DNA of 64,000 nt, from NCBI GenBank assembly GCA_910592345.1, contig CAJVPI010000004.1, forward strand, positions 1 to 64,000, in the 5' to 3' direction. Each line of letters starts with the position of its first letter. The first letter of the stretch is position 1. Origin of the DNA: Paraglomus brasilianum (Eukaryota). The translations under genes and the position numbers were made by a program. Shown here piece after piece: positions 48,691-61,900 of the stretch. Below the pieces are notes generated by a model. The model saw only the letters and a list, made by a program, of their open reading frames with translations, ran no database searches and was not told where the DNA came from.

Positions 48691-51627
48691 ATGTTGGGAT
48701 CTTGTGTTCGTCCACACTTATACAAGCGCTTCTCCGGATCGACAGGACACTTGGCAATAAGAGCTTTTCTCGGACGGTATCACTCGTGGCATGAAAGTGC
48801 TGCAAGTACACTTTCTAATGTTGACACGAATACAGAGGAGTTTAAAGTAATATTGGCTGCTACCTCTTGTGAAATTACATGGCAATAGAGAGACTAAAAA
48901 TTTTCGTGAAATTATAGGAAAATGCCAGTAGAATGGATGAACTTGTCGACGATTTAGAGAAACTCGTTTCCAGAATAAAATTGGGTACAGTTTATGAAAT
49001 CGAAGTAACTCGTTTAGACCATAGCTTACGACCCTCAACCGAATCTATCTTGACAAATTATATATTTTGGTTGATGATAAGGCGGCGGAGAGGAGGCTAG
49101 GAAACGACATTTAAGCCGCAATAAACTTCTTCCGCGTGATCGGTAATTGGTATAAGCAAATACAGATATCTCTAAATTATACTCAACTTTGCACTCGAGA
49201 TTTATACCATGTTCTTGTTCTCCCAGCATCAACAGACTTCTGGACAATGGGTATGTACAAAGCTCTGACTTTCTTCTATTAATTCCTTAAAAGTTATGCC
49301 CGAACACTTATCAAAATGTCTGAAATGAATTTTATTTTTTTACGCGCATTAAATAGTTCACCGTTTCTGGAATTATCACAATTAGCCGGATATAAAGTAT
49401 ACGACGAGGAAGTTCCTGCTGGGGGAATTATTACCGGTATTGGGCGTGTCGAAGGGTACGGTTTTTGTCAGGAGAGTGAAGTATGTCGCATATAAAAAGC
49501 GTAAAAGAATGGTTCTGATTGTAAGACTGTTATTTTTTTGCTTGATTTCCATGTATAGAGTGGAATGTATGATCATTGCGAATGATCCTACGGTCAAGGG
49601 AGGAACGTATTACCCAATAACAGGTACGATGGGACAAGTAAATGCTCGGTGTTTCGTGGAATGACAATGTTTGAATGAAGACTATGTGACTGTACACAGT
49701 AAAGAAGCATCTACGTGCACAGGAAATTGGACGCGAGAACAGACTGCCTTGTATATATTTAGGTAATTGCTGCTCGACTCTGCTATATCTTTCTTAGGTG
49801 CGAGATTAACAGATTCATTGGAATTACATCAGTTGACTCTGGCGGAGCTAATTTACCTCGCCAAGCAGAAGTCTTTCCTGATCGTGATCATTTCGGACGT
49901 ATATTTTTCAACCAGGTAAGATACGTCTCACTCAACACCGTTCATCCGTTCATTTTTTTTATGTCACCTACTCAACGTTCTTATTGCCCTGGAAGGCTTC
50001 AATGTCGTCAGAAAATATTCCCCAAATTGCTGTTGTTATGGGTTCATGCACCGCGGGTGGTGCTTACGTCCCAGCTATGGCAGACCAGAGTATAATTGTT
50101 AAAAATCAGGGAACAATATTCTTAGCTGGTCCGCCCCTAGTCAAAGCAGCAACGGGAGAAGTTGTTTCGGCCGAAGAGTTGGGCGGGGCAGATTTACACT
50201 GTGAGTTTGAAATTTGGAGACGAGTCGACAGTAAAAAAGTATATCAATTGAGGTGAGGCGGTATTCTACAACATTCTTATCGCTTAGGTCGAACCTCCGG
50301 GGTCACCGATTACTACGCTTCCAACGACGAACATGCGCTAGTACTTGCACGACGAGCCGTTGCATTCTTAAATTGGACGAAACGCCCAGAGGTATTTCGA
50401 TTTTAATCCTCAACTCGTTAAGGTCACATTGAATGTCAACAGATTTTATTATTAATTCGTACCATTTCTTTGCTTCGATCTCTATCTCTATCGATACTTT
50501 TTAAAATCGCGTCAAAGATCGATGTAAAGAAACCAGAAGAGCCTTTGTATCCATCCTCAGAATTGGGAGGGATAGTTGGAGATAATCTCCGAAAATCTTT
50601 TGATGTGAAGAATGTGATCGCACGAATAGTCGATGGAAGTCAGTTTGACGAATTTAAGGCGCTGTATGGAACGACATTAGTTACTGGTTGGAGTTTTTTT
50701 TCTTCTTCATTCATATGTCTTTGAACCCAATAAGTTAGTTGCTTTATTACCGTGTTGTTTACTTGTTCGTTTTATAAAATCTTACCCGCACAATCGCGTT
50801 CTACCGTTAGGGTTTGCACGCATATACGGTTACCCAGTAGGCATAATAGCAAATAACGGCATTCTTTTCTCCGAATCAGCCCTAAAAGGCGCACACTTCA
50901 TCCAACTCTGTTCCCAACGCAACATTCCTTTAATATTCCTTCAGAATATCACTGGTTTCATGGTCGGATCATCGGCAGAGGCAGGAGGTATAGCAAAGAA
51001 CGGTGCCAAAATGGTAACTGCTGTGTCTTGCGCCAAAGTGCCAAAGTTTACCGTGATTATAGGTGGCAGTTTTGGCGCGGGAAACTATGGCATGTGTGGG
51101 AGAGCGTACGGACCAAGGTTTTTATGGATGTGGCCGGTAAGGAACTGCGAGGATAGCAAGGGGATAAATAGATGGGGGTAGAAGTTGATTGAAAGGGATA
51201 TTAAGAAGTTTACGTGAAGTTGGCATTAGAGTAAGTGACAGTGACTAGGCTTTTTTTGGGGGGTGTCATTAGAACGCAAGAATCTCTGTCATGGGTGGCG
51301 AACAAGCAGCTAGTGTATTAGCACAAGTTGTGAAATCCAAGGATGAGAAGGTAGGCCAATCGTTTCCAATGTTTCTACCTGTTTTTCATTCATCATGACC
51401 ATCTCTCCCTTTTATGGATATAGTGGACACCTGAAAAAGAAGAATCTGTAAAGGCACCAATTAGAGCTCGGTACGAGCATGAAGGACATCCTTACTTTTC
51501 ATCGGCTCGTCTCTGGGACGATGGGGTTATCAACCCTGCCGATACGCGAAAAGTGTTGGGATTGTCACTGAGTGCTGCATTGAATGGGCCAATTGAAAAG
51601 TCAAGGTTTGGCGTGTTTAGAATGTAG
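48691..51627 (+). CDS. MCCC2: 3-methylcrotonyl-CoA carboxylase beta (carboxyltransferase) subunit, mitochondrial; multi-exon
   Basis: [109 protein letters not shown], terminal FGVFRM; basic N-terminal presequence. Confidence 0.96.
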
Positions 51628-52226
51628 AAGATAGGATGGGACAAGGCGAAGTGACTAGAACGTCACGTAAGATAGGCGGCATAAAAACACTGTTTAACAA
51701 TTTAGTGGGGATGTTAAGGAATCTGTTCTTTAATCAAAGTTTCAAAGCCTGGGATTGTTTCTGTGTTGGGCTGATTAATTGATTAATACCACGTTCATAT
51801 GTCAAGCAAATGGTTATGTCGTGGTCTTTTTTCTTCTTCTTTTTTTTACACCCGTCGTTTCTTTGACTGGACTAAATTAATTAGAACACGATTTAGAATA
51901 TTAATTATTCCATTCTTCTGTCATAAACTGCCCTAATTCGATGGGGGGTTTTTTGCATACGCTTTTCCATGTTTTTTTTTTTTAATAACGTTCTAGTCAG
52001 GACTATTGGATATTTTCTGCAAGAAATGCCCCAACATAGGAATAATGTTTGCTTCTCATCATTGGACTGTTGTCCTACCAAATACTATATAACTTGTCAA
52101 ATATGTGCTACTATGATCGATTCATCATGTGATTTGGCTAAATAGATCACAGCTATAATATCCAAAATAGCTCATGAAGAAGTTTTATAACCAAGTTTAC
52201 CATGTACAATTTTCACCATCTGAAAC

Positions 52227-53276
52227 ATGGCTTTGCCTTACGAGATTCTTGCGATAATTTTTGAAGAGCATGCAAACGATCTCTCGACACTTCACTCTTG
52301 CATTTTAGTAAACAGAAATTGGTGTGTGGTGGCTCTTCAATACTTGTGGGCCAAACCTTTCACCTTGTTGAGTCGAAGGATCAACTACGGAAAGTCAGAT
52401 AACCTTACGATCACATTTATTGAATGTTTTACTGACACCGATATTGACTCCCTCCTGGAGGCACGACTGTGCAAAAAATATAGTAAAAAGTTTCCGTTTG
52501 ATTATAGTGTTTACTTAAAGGAGATTCGTTTTAGAGAGATCGAAATTTTGACGGAAAAATGCACCGGATTCAATTTGAATCATTTATATTATATACGAGT
52601 CGGAATCATCCATTTAGCAATGAAATATTGCCCAAATCTCAACACCCTTTCTTTTACAACGGAAGACTCGGCTTACACTGATCAGAGTCGATTTCTATTT
52701 TCTATTAACAGCCTCTCCTGTGTGGAAAATTTAAGTTGGTATTTGGATTTAGATGATAACTTATTCAACACGCTTTCTAGAGCTGCACATAATTTGAAAT
52801 CGATTTCAGTCAAAGTTCGCAGGGACTGTTACTATATACCAGTATTGAGGCATCATGGATTGCAAAAACTCATACAGTCTCAACACCAACTAAAGACATT
52901 TACTCTAAGATATGTGGCTGTCAATATGAGATCAGTGTTTAAATTATTAGAGTCACAATCAAATTCTCTGGAATCAATTGTTTTGAAAGACGTTGACGTT
53001 GATCCAGATGATTTAAACGTCAAACCAATTAAGTTTCACCAATTGAGAAGCATCTGCATAAAAGACTGTTGGATAAAAGAGGGAGGACTAAACTCAATCT
53101 TCGAGGCTGACTTACCAAAGCTACAACAACTTAAGTTCGAAAATAATTTCTGGAGACACAAAAGTGAGTGGATTCTGTTACGAGACAAGTACCTAAACCA
53201 AATGGGAATGTGTCCCGTTTCCGAATTTGACCCACTTCAGAATTGTTGTCAACATACACATAATGTGCAACAATAA
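52227..53276 (+). CDS. Intronless F-box / LRR-like protein (349 aa)
   Basis: N-terminal LPYEILAIIFE..DLSTLHSCILVNRNWCVVALQYLWAKPF, then FDYSVYLKEI and LxxLxL repeats, typical of expanded Mucoromycota F-box families. Confidence 0.85.
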   Translation: MALPYEILAIIFEEHANDLSTLHSCILVNRNWCVVALQYLWAKPFTLLSRRINYGKSDNLTITFIECFTDTDIDSLLEARLCKKYSKKFPFDYSVYLKEIRFREIEILTEKCTGFNLNHLYYIRVGIIHLAMKYCPNLNTLSFTTEDSAYTDQSRFLFSINSLSCVENLSWYLDLDDNLFNTLSRAAHNLKSISVKVRRDCYYIPVLRHHGLQKLIQSQHQLKTFTLRYVAVNMRSVFKLLESQSNSLESIVLKDVDVDPDDLNVKPIKFHQLRSICIKDCWIKEGGLNSIFEADLPKLQQLKFENNFWRHKSEWILLRDKYLNQMGMCPVSEFDPLQNCCQHTHNVQQ

Positions 53277-54100
53277 TATCAATAACACCGAACAAGCGAA
53301 TTTATTTATTAATAGCAAATATTAATATGAATAACATAATACCAATAAAACGCAGTCGGTATTTGCTGAATACACGTTGTTTGTTCAATCTACGATATGA
53401 GCGTCTAATATTCCTGAATTATGATAATTGCGATGTTGGCACGAGAGACAAAGTTAAAATAATTACTTATGCTAGACATATTTGTGTAGTATGTAAATTT
53501 CGACAATGCTAAACGAAAAGAGTTGGGACTATTAAAACATTGTCAATACCTATGTATTGTTTGCTTTTATCATACCTTATTTCTTTTTGAAGGCGACTCC
53601 CTTTTTTTGTTAAAGCCTAGTTTATTTGTGATTGCCCTAACATCATATGATTATCTAAATAGCTAAAAACCTGAAGATCATAAGGCAAGTTGAGCGATTT
53701 ATGCTTTCAAAAAGAAATAGGGTGGAAACATAATAAAACCAACGAATGCCATGTCAAACAGTGACATGAATTCATAAATAGAGAAATATCAACACATTGC
53801 AATTCGTTCTCTGAATTTTTATTATAAATAAGTTTCAATTTAGCATTGTGTGTTAGACTCTACGCATCAAGATTTACGGTCGGGGCTTCGAGACACTACT
53901 CGAACAACACACTGGCTGCAAAAAGACCTTTGAACAACTCAAACACCATTACAGTTACATTTGCACACATTGACGCAAACATTGCAATTACCATAATTCA
54001 GGAATATTAACATGTATTTAGCAAATACCGACTGTTATTATGTTATTCATATTTGCTATTAATAAATAAATTTGCTTGTTCGGTGTTATTGATATTATTG
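53271..54100. repeat. Inverted repeat pair (53271-53440 and 53975-54100) around a ~530-bp spacer
   Basis: CAATAATATCAATAACACCGAACAAGC(g/a)AATTTATTTATTAATAGCAAATA..GAATAACATAATA..CAGTCGGTATTTGCT..TAATATTCCTGAATTATG occurs in both orientations. Confidence 0.9.
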
Positions 54101-54970
54101 GGGACCGATGAAATGGGTCAGTACAACTAAGTGACATACTAATACCATAGTCATATTACGTTTTATTTTTATTATAACCTTGGATAATTTGAAATCGATT
54201 GGAATGTTTTTGTAAATTTACGTGTCCCGTCTTAATATTTGGATGTTTTATTTCCACATTTAATGAACGACTCTTTTTCATAAATCTGTACGGTTACGTG
54301 TTGTAAAAAACCACTATTTTATTCAGAAAGTCTCGTACTTAAATCTTATAGAACTATTACAGTATTTGCTGCTTGCAATCTAACAATTTTACTATATGGC
54401 TATAAATATAAAGGACTATTGCACAGTGAAACTCACTTCACAAAGTCTTAATTGAATGAAGATGGCTCATTTTTCTGGAACCAGTTTGCCCTAACAAAAA
54501 TAAACAAAGATGCATGTATAAAGTGCTATATAGTGGTGAACAAAGCATTTAACCAAGCGATTCGCTTGTCGTATAACGACGCTCATAATGATATAGTGAA
54601 GTTCGTTGAACTATGAGGAACTTCGTTATTGTCGAGCGAGAGAGCGTTCAGTAATTGTTCTTGGGATTTAGCTCTTTCAATCGAGGCCCTCTACTCCTGC
54701 TTAAATTGCTAATACAGTTAGCGACCGTATTTCTGGTTTTAATTATACTCACGGTAACCGATCGGTATAACGCGGATCCTGACTACCAAGTACAATCTAT
54801 AAATTGGTGGAATTAATTTCCGATAGTACGTGTATACGTGTTTTCTGTAAGATATAAATAGCTACGATCTTCATTAAGCACGCACGTAATCAACAATGAA
54901 TGTCACGAGGTCTTAGAAAGTCAATTGATCACCACTTCTTGGTGCCTTTAATTTGGCGACTTTCCTATTA

Positions 54971-55754
54971 ATGTATTCATCATCCCTAGAACCTTTCCCT
55001 TCACATGGTTTGGTGCACATATCGTTGTATAGGAATGTAAAGAATGCGAAAGAATTGCGCAAACGACTTCTTTCTCGTGATACAGAATTATGTTATGCCT
55101 TCATTGACGCAAGAGTAGTAAGCAATGGTTTAGACATCCATCCTTTAAATTCCCGATAATGAGTTCTTCTAATCTTGATCGTACGAATAGATTCTCGACA
55201 AGTTCCAGGTTCTCGTAGCGTCTAACATTGCGATATACAACGAAACACATAACAAACTTATAACACACAATGTCCACTCGGAGGTTGTGTACAGTCTTTC
55301 TCCAAGCACGAATGTATGGTCGATCGATCATAACTGCTTTTTTCCCATCTACTTTATATATATACTTTTTCACTTATTTGCTCGTATCTGCAATTCGCTT
55401 GATCCTTCTTGAAAGATTCGAGAATCGTTGAAAAACCACGGATTGTCAGACGATTCTACTGACGTTATCATAGTCAAAATAGGAGACTCTGCGGAAACTG
55501 TGCAAGCGCACTTGGCAAGAATTATCAAAGGAGAGGAAAGAGATGTGAAGGAGATAACTAGTTGTGTTGACCTGGCAAGAGTGAAGAAGGTGAGTGACCG
55601 ACTTTGCTTTTTTAGCATTGAATTAGAGATGTTACGACTGTCATGTACTAATGTTATATTATTCAAGTGCTACAAAATAGTAGATGGCATATCTGATCGA
55701 GAAGAATTACTGAAAGCCGTCATTGGCTCCATTGCTATTAAAAATCTCAGTTGA
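54971..55754 (+). CDS. cgi121: EKC/KEOPS complex subunit Cgi121/TPRKB; 4 exons
   Basis: LYRNVKNAKELRKRL..YAFIDARVILDKFQVLVA..LITHNVHSEVVYSLSPSTNIRESLKNHGLSDDSTDVIIV..IGSIAIK. Confidence 0.92.
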
Positions 55755-55910
55755 TAGTAAATATACGCTTGCAACATTTATTAATCTTGACAAAACATAC
55801 GTTCAGTAATTTAGTTACATATACTGTATTCGTTTTTTTTATCGGTTTCTCATGCTTGGAATCATTTTTGAGCAGTTAAAGTTAGTCTTATTTATCTATT
55901 GTTTGACTCA

Positions 55911-57453
55911 CTATATGAGCGAATTATCAATAGACATTGGTGCATCCTCAGGATCTTTGTCGTGAGAAAGCCGAATCTTCTGCTCTCGCAAAAACTGCAC
56001 AAGTTCATTCATGATTTCTACATAATCGCTAGTATCTCCGGCTCTCAGAAAATCGTCACTTCCTTCGCCACTTTCGATTTCTTCTGCTTCGCGCACGCCT
56101 TCACTTTCGATTTTCTTTTCGTCTATTTGCTCTTCCTCATCATCCTCTTCCTCATCATCCTCTTCATCACTCTTCTTTTTCTTCTCCAACTCACACATAT
56201 GTATTATATTTTTCCAAACACTTGTCTTTTCGATTTCTACTATATTGTCCTTCACATAGACCATGACTTCACTTCTGATATCTTCGTAACTTCTGACTTT
56301 TTTAAGCAAAATTTCCATTACATTATAAGGCGTGAGATTCTCAATTAGTTGCATCTTTGCTATATCACGGAGGGAAGTGACCAGGTATTTGTCAGATATG
56401 AGAAGCATGTCGTATGGAGTGGTAGGAGTTGAGTCGTCTTCGGCAAAGTGGATAGTGTTTGTATAGAGAAATTGGAGGAAAGCATAAAAAGTTGTTGGAT
56501 GGAAGTCTGGGACATGAATAGTATATTTTGTTAAGTGGTCTTTATCATCGGTAGTAGTAGTGCTGCTGGTATTGATGCCGTTATTTGTTTCAGGGTCATC
56601 ATTCATGCCCTGTTTTACGCTTTCGTCCTCATCCTTCTTATTGTCATTTTTACGTGTAGTCTCAATCCACCGTCCTCGAAACAATCCTCTGAAATATTCT
56701 GATCTCTCTTCCAAAATCCAGCTATGTGCAAAAATATCTCTATCTTCGACAACAAATTTGACATCTGCTACTTCCTGTAAATTGCTCTCTTTATTACATC
56801 TGCTCTGCTGTGTAATCTCCAACTGTCTTCCCCATGCAAGAGCAAGTTCCTCTGGGTACGGTTCCGGAGGAAGGGGATTATTGTGAAACGTGGACTGCAG
56901 TGATGTGCGATTGAAATGGACGCCGATTGTTATTTTTTCAGGAAGCGTATCGGCGCGACATATTCGTTTTGTACCTTAAATAGGGAAATGATTATTGTGT
57001 TTGAAATGTAATTGCGATGACGACACTATTATTAAGCCATAATAATATTTTTACCTTGCCCTTTCCAACGTAACGAGAATCGGTCGGTACGCGGACAAAA
57101 CCAGCCGAGATGAGTATTATTTTCAGTATCTTTAATAGAAATCGCGGCAGTATAATCTCTTCTTCTAATCCAGTTTGCGTACGTCTTCTTCTCCTCTGGC
57201 GTTGGAATGGCATAAAGGAAGAGAGCAGAATAGTCTGGATTTTGAGGGAATGTCTGATTTGTAATGATGGTTAGAACATTGTTTGTAGAACACGATTTCT
57301 TGTCGGAATTGACAATATACGCACCTTGGTGAATTTCAACTGCCAGAATAAGTCATAATCAGTTGCGAATGGCGGAGTGAATACGGGATCTTTCAGCGTA
57401 TCCACATTATCGATCGTGAACTCAAAGTGGCTCTCTGCGTTGATTGTCGTCAT
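55911..57453 (-). CDS. MATH-like + BTB/POZ protein (SPOP-like Cul3 adaptor) with acidic tail; 3 exons
   Basis: FEFTIDN..VFTPPFAT...FWQLKF and YSALFLYA (MATH-like); ADVKFVVEDRDIFAHSWILEERSEYFRGLFRGRW, IHVPDFHPTTFYAFLQFLYT, SDKYLVTSL (BTB). Confidence 0.88.
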
Positions 57454-57779
57454 ATATCAGTAGTTATGCAGTCAAACGAGACCTGAACGTGGGGAGGTGA
57501 CAGAGCAGTTGAATTTATAATCACTGCGCAGTTAGCTGCGGACTGCGTATAATTAATCTACTGGTTGTTAATGCTTCGATCATATGATTCTGTTTTATTG
57601 CTGGGCTGCGGAAACGGTACAACAAATCACGTGATTCAACTTGCTTAAATGCTATACAAAAAATGTATTCAGTAAATCTGGGGAGAGCAACATGCGGCAC
57701 TTGAGAATTAGTTCGTATTCAAACTTTCCCTCCAACTAATTCTCTCATGCCTGTTGTGAACGGCGAATATTTGGGGATA

Positions 57780-57780
<1 letters not shown>

Positions 57781-57820
<40 letters not shown>
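57781..57820. repeat. (AGT)n microsatellite followed by a ~50-bp imperfect tandem duplication running to ~57922
   Basis: About 13 AGT units; TAGTACAAATTG(a/g)GAATATTAAT..ATTACGAA..CGAAAATTAGTTAGAA occurs twice. Confidence 0.9.
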
Positions 57821-58269
57821 CAAATTGAGAATATTAATAATATTACGAACGAAAATTAGTTAGAATAGTACAAATTGGGAATATTAATATTACGAAGCTT
57901 GACGCACGAAAATTAGTTAGAAAGAACCAGAGAACTCTCTTATTACAAAAGTATTCACCAGAACATAATGATATCGACTGGAACAATTTATTTATTAATA
58001 TTACTAATATTTCATAATTAAACGCGTCTACTTTTTAACAACTTTGATACGCGTTTGTTCCCAACAACCAGAGCAAACCATTTTATACACAACCAGAAGA
58101 AAAAAGAAAATGAGTTGTTTCAGCAATCTGATACCAAAATTTGTATCATATTAAATGCTATTAAGAAACTTGCGTTGGCACCTAATTGTCCTCACTCGAT
58201 CGTACAGAAAGTTATTAAGATTTGTGAGTATAGACTTATATACAGTATGTAACAAAAACCCCTGGATAT

Positions 58270-58445
58270 TTATTTTCAGCAAGAGGAAAAACAAGTATAT
58301 TTTATTTTCGACGGATAAATTTTATGTTGAAATCCTTCAAAAGCATACCCTGGATGCTAACAGAATTCAACAAGACGGTGATCCAAACATACTGCCAAGA
58401 AGTTCTTGGGGAAAGAATGCTCCAGAAATTATGGACTAACCTCTG
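58270..58445 (+). pseudogene. Tc1-type DDE transposase relic
   Basis: FSARGKTSI/DKFYVEILQKH..IQQDGDP/HTAKKFL/KNAPEIMD*P corresponds to the Tc1 core pattern QQDNDPKHT..DWP, with frameshifts. Confidence 0.7.
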
Positions 58446-58990
58446 CTTGCAATAAAGTTTTTTGCTTGTGGAAGTCTTGGTTTTGGTAAGGGCATTGTAT
58501 AACAAAAATATTAACGGGCTAGCTCTAAATTGTTAAAAAAGTTGCAAATAAGGTATGGCCTTTTGAAACATACGCAATTAATATTATGCATGGACTTTTT
58601 TTAGAACGTTACCAAATGCTTTTCAAGCAACCATTTGCTTTGCCAAAGTCACTGCCATTATTTCTGTATATTGGTAGGAATTCACTTCACGTATTATTAA
58701 TACAAGCAGCTGCTGTTAACATTAGATCCGCCTCCTTTTTATCAGAACACGATATGTCGGTTAACATCGAATAGACTCTTTCACCATTTATACGTATGGG
58801 TCGTGTAGGATTTTACTGACGGTAAGTTTTCCTTCTATAAGTTTAAATTAGATAACCACAAACCATCGACACTGAAGTAATAATGCTTAGTTGTGTGTAT
58901 CCTACTTATGTATTAATTTATTGTATATGTGCTAAATGCATACGCTACCCTTTACTAGTGAGCAGAAACTCCTGAGCGTTCAACGGCTGA

Positions 58991-61900
58991 CTAGTGAAGA
59001 ACGCTGAACTCCTGTTGAAGGCTAGGTAAGAATTTGTTAATCTTCTCCCAAGTAACATTCCAAAGTTCACGTTTCATTGCAATCATGTTTTTGTTCATGG
59101 GCTCTTCTTCCTTCTCGTTAGTCTCACGTTGGAGCACGCCTGACGTTGACATAACCAACAACATATTCTTAAGAGATTCGGGGATGGCTTCACTCTAAAT
59201 AACAGTATTGACACGTTAATATATACAATTGTTTAAGTCGCTCAAGTTGGAAGCTTATCAACAAATCTTACCAACGAATCATTGTCTCCAATTGCCATGT
59301 ATCGTTCCATCACGTCTAGTATCTGCGACCATAGGGTAATCAACCCTCTCCACTCGACGAGTCTGTTCAAATAGTGCAGAAAAATCTTGCATAGAAGGGC
59401 GGATGCTCGCATTCGCGTCTCATCCATCCCTACTGGATCTATATTGAAGATTTCCGGCTCCAGCAGTTGATCCAACAGAGGGAAGAGAACGACATCGAAA
59501 ATAACAACCCATTCAGTAAGATTGTATGATGCCAAATCTGGATTAAGTAAAGCGCGTTGGAGATATGTCATTGCGGTTTGTCGAACCTCGCGACATGAGT
59601 TGTAACATTGCTGGCTTAATCCCGTTAGAATAGGTAGCCAATATGTCGACCAAACTATTAAATCGACTAACGTTAGTTATTGTCTTTTGATAGAATTTGC
59701 ATAGTAAATTGACATCACCTTCTTCTATTGGGGTTTGTGACACGCTCAGGAGGCGTGGTATCTCTGTATACAGTTGATAGAGAAGCTCCACAGACTTTTG
59801 TGCCCTTTCTAAAATATCTGCTTGACTTGGGAGACAAAAAAACAGTCAATAATAATTAATATACAAACGCACAAACATATACAGTCTGATAAGCAACTCA
59901 CGTCGTCGAAAGGTAAGTCTTCGCATTCTTCTCAGGTGACCTTTCCTTTTCAACCAAAACCCTGGCAGCAGACGCGAACTCTGTCAGCAACTCTACACTT
60001 TCGTTGAAGTTGTCACTGTTCACGTTCTTGCTCTCGTTGATCAGGACGAGTGTGTCAAATGAATATTTAGATGCCTGAGGATGAGTCGAAGTTGCGCGAA
60101 GTAGACCGAATAAAGTCTCCCATGAAGCTTGGCCCCTATGTGATTTCGTATAATTACTAATAGCAACGGCAAAGTGGCCCTTTTATGAACATGTAATATA
60201 TTTACCTTATATAAGATGAGTCAGCTTTAATTAGATTATATACTCCAGCCATCATTTGCTCACCGACCGAATGCATTATGTCAGTTGGCAAGGCCTTTAA
60301 CAACTCGAAAGATCGGAGAACGTCGGATACCATTTCCTCCTAAAAAAAACTTGATATATTTAACATTGACTTCTCATTCAAACTTGCGCATAAATCTTGC
60401 TATACAATACCTTATGCGTTAGCCGAATGGATAACCTTAGCAAAGCGACTACTGTACGCTCTACTAATAGAATACTACGATTCGTAGAATCTTTTAGTAT
60501 ATCCGCAATATGTTCGAACAGTATTGGCCTACAAATGACCGTTTCGGTGAGTACGATTAGTCTAACGTAATACGTCGAAACACTAAAAAATGACGTGTGG
60601 CTTTACCATAAGGACTGCACTCGATCTCGATTTTGTAGAGTAACATTTATCATGAGCTCAAGGAAAAAGACGGCAGCGGGGTCATACGGCTTGGATGGGG
60701 CGCTACCCTGCATATTTTGGTTGGACAATTCTTGCGATACGGAACTTCGTGAATTCAAAGAATCGGAGGGAGAGTTACCATCTGCAATGAATTTGAGTGC
60801 CTCCATCAGATATTCGAGCGACTCCTGTTGCAATAACCTAAAATGAAGTATCGAGAGTTAGTGCACAAATATATAACAATCTCTATAAAGAAACACAATT
60901 ACCTAATGTCCGCAAAGAGCTCTTCGAGACGACACACCGCGACACAATCAGCAGTACACATGGTGCATTCAATTTCTTCCTCGGTTGGTTCGCTTCGGGA
61001 AGGCTCCAAAATTCCAGCGTTTGCAAGCAAGTAGAACAAGAGTGATGAATTCCCACGGGTTCGATCATCTCTTATTGGTAAGCTTTTGGGTTTTAGAGGT
61101 ATAGTGGTCGTACCCTCTAAGAAATCTTCGACTTGTGACATGGAGCTTGGCAACAAGGAATTAACAAAGAGATTCTTAATTATCTCAAGAATCTGTGATA
61201 TTGACCAAAGTACAAACACAGACGCTTAGAAATTAGTGTGTGCTCGACCTTATTTAACGAATCAACTGGTGCCATTTTACATACGAATTTCCAACCGTCT
61301 TTTAACACGTTTCCATGTTCATTGGCGATAGCAAACAAGACTACAGACGCAAGCTGCCCCTTATAATTTCTTCCAAACTCAATGGATAAATCACTAATTG
61401 TGACATCAGTATCGTTAACTTTTACGACAGGGTTGCTGGCTGTTTCATTTGAATAACGCTGGCCAAGTAAGCCAGTCATCTTGGCAAGTGTCATAATTAT
61501 ATAATCGAATACGTCATAGAGTTGATAGTTTGCCGAAAGGAGAGCACATTGATGGAATCCGGTAATAGCTTTCTGCAGGGTCATATCGTCAGGAGCGGAA
61601 GTAAACGCTATACATCCATCGATAACATTTGAATGTTTATGAACGCAAAAAATTAATGCGGCATCGAAAAGCGACTTATCTGAGGCTCTTACCGTAAGAA
61701 ATAGCTGTCACTATCGGTTTCCATGTGGTTATAAACATGTCTTTATCATATAATGGGACATCGCATATTATAAGGGGACCTAACAAATTTACAAGTTAAT
61801 TCCAAGTGGCCTTCGAAGTAACGACCTCCAAAAAAAAAAGAATGATAATGAATAATTACCAGCTGTCTCTGTACGATGAATCAGTTCTTTCCATGCGTAA

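Noticed and set aside
16136..57453. Cdc4, F-box and BTB genes as a ubiquitin-ligase gene cluster
   Set aside because: Spread over 40 kb with unrelated genes between them, and these families are abundant in such genomes
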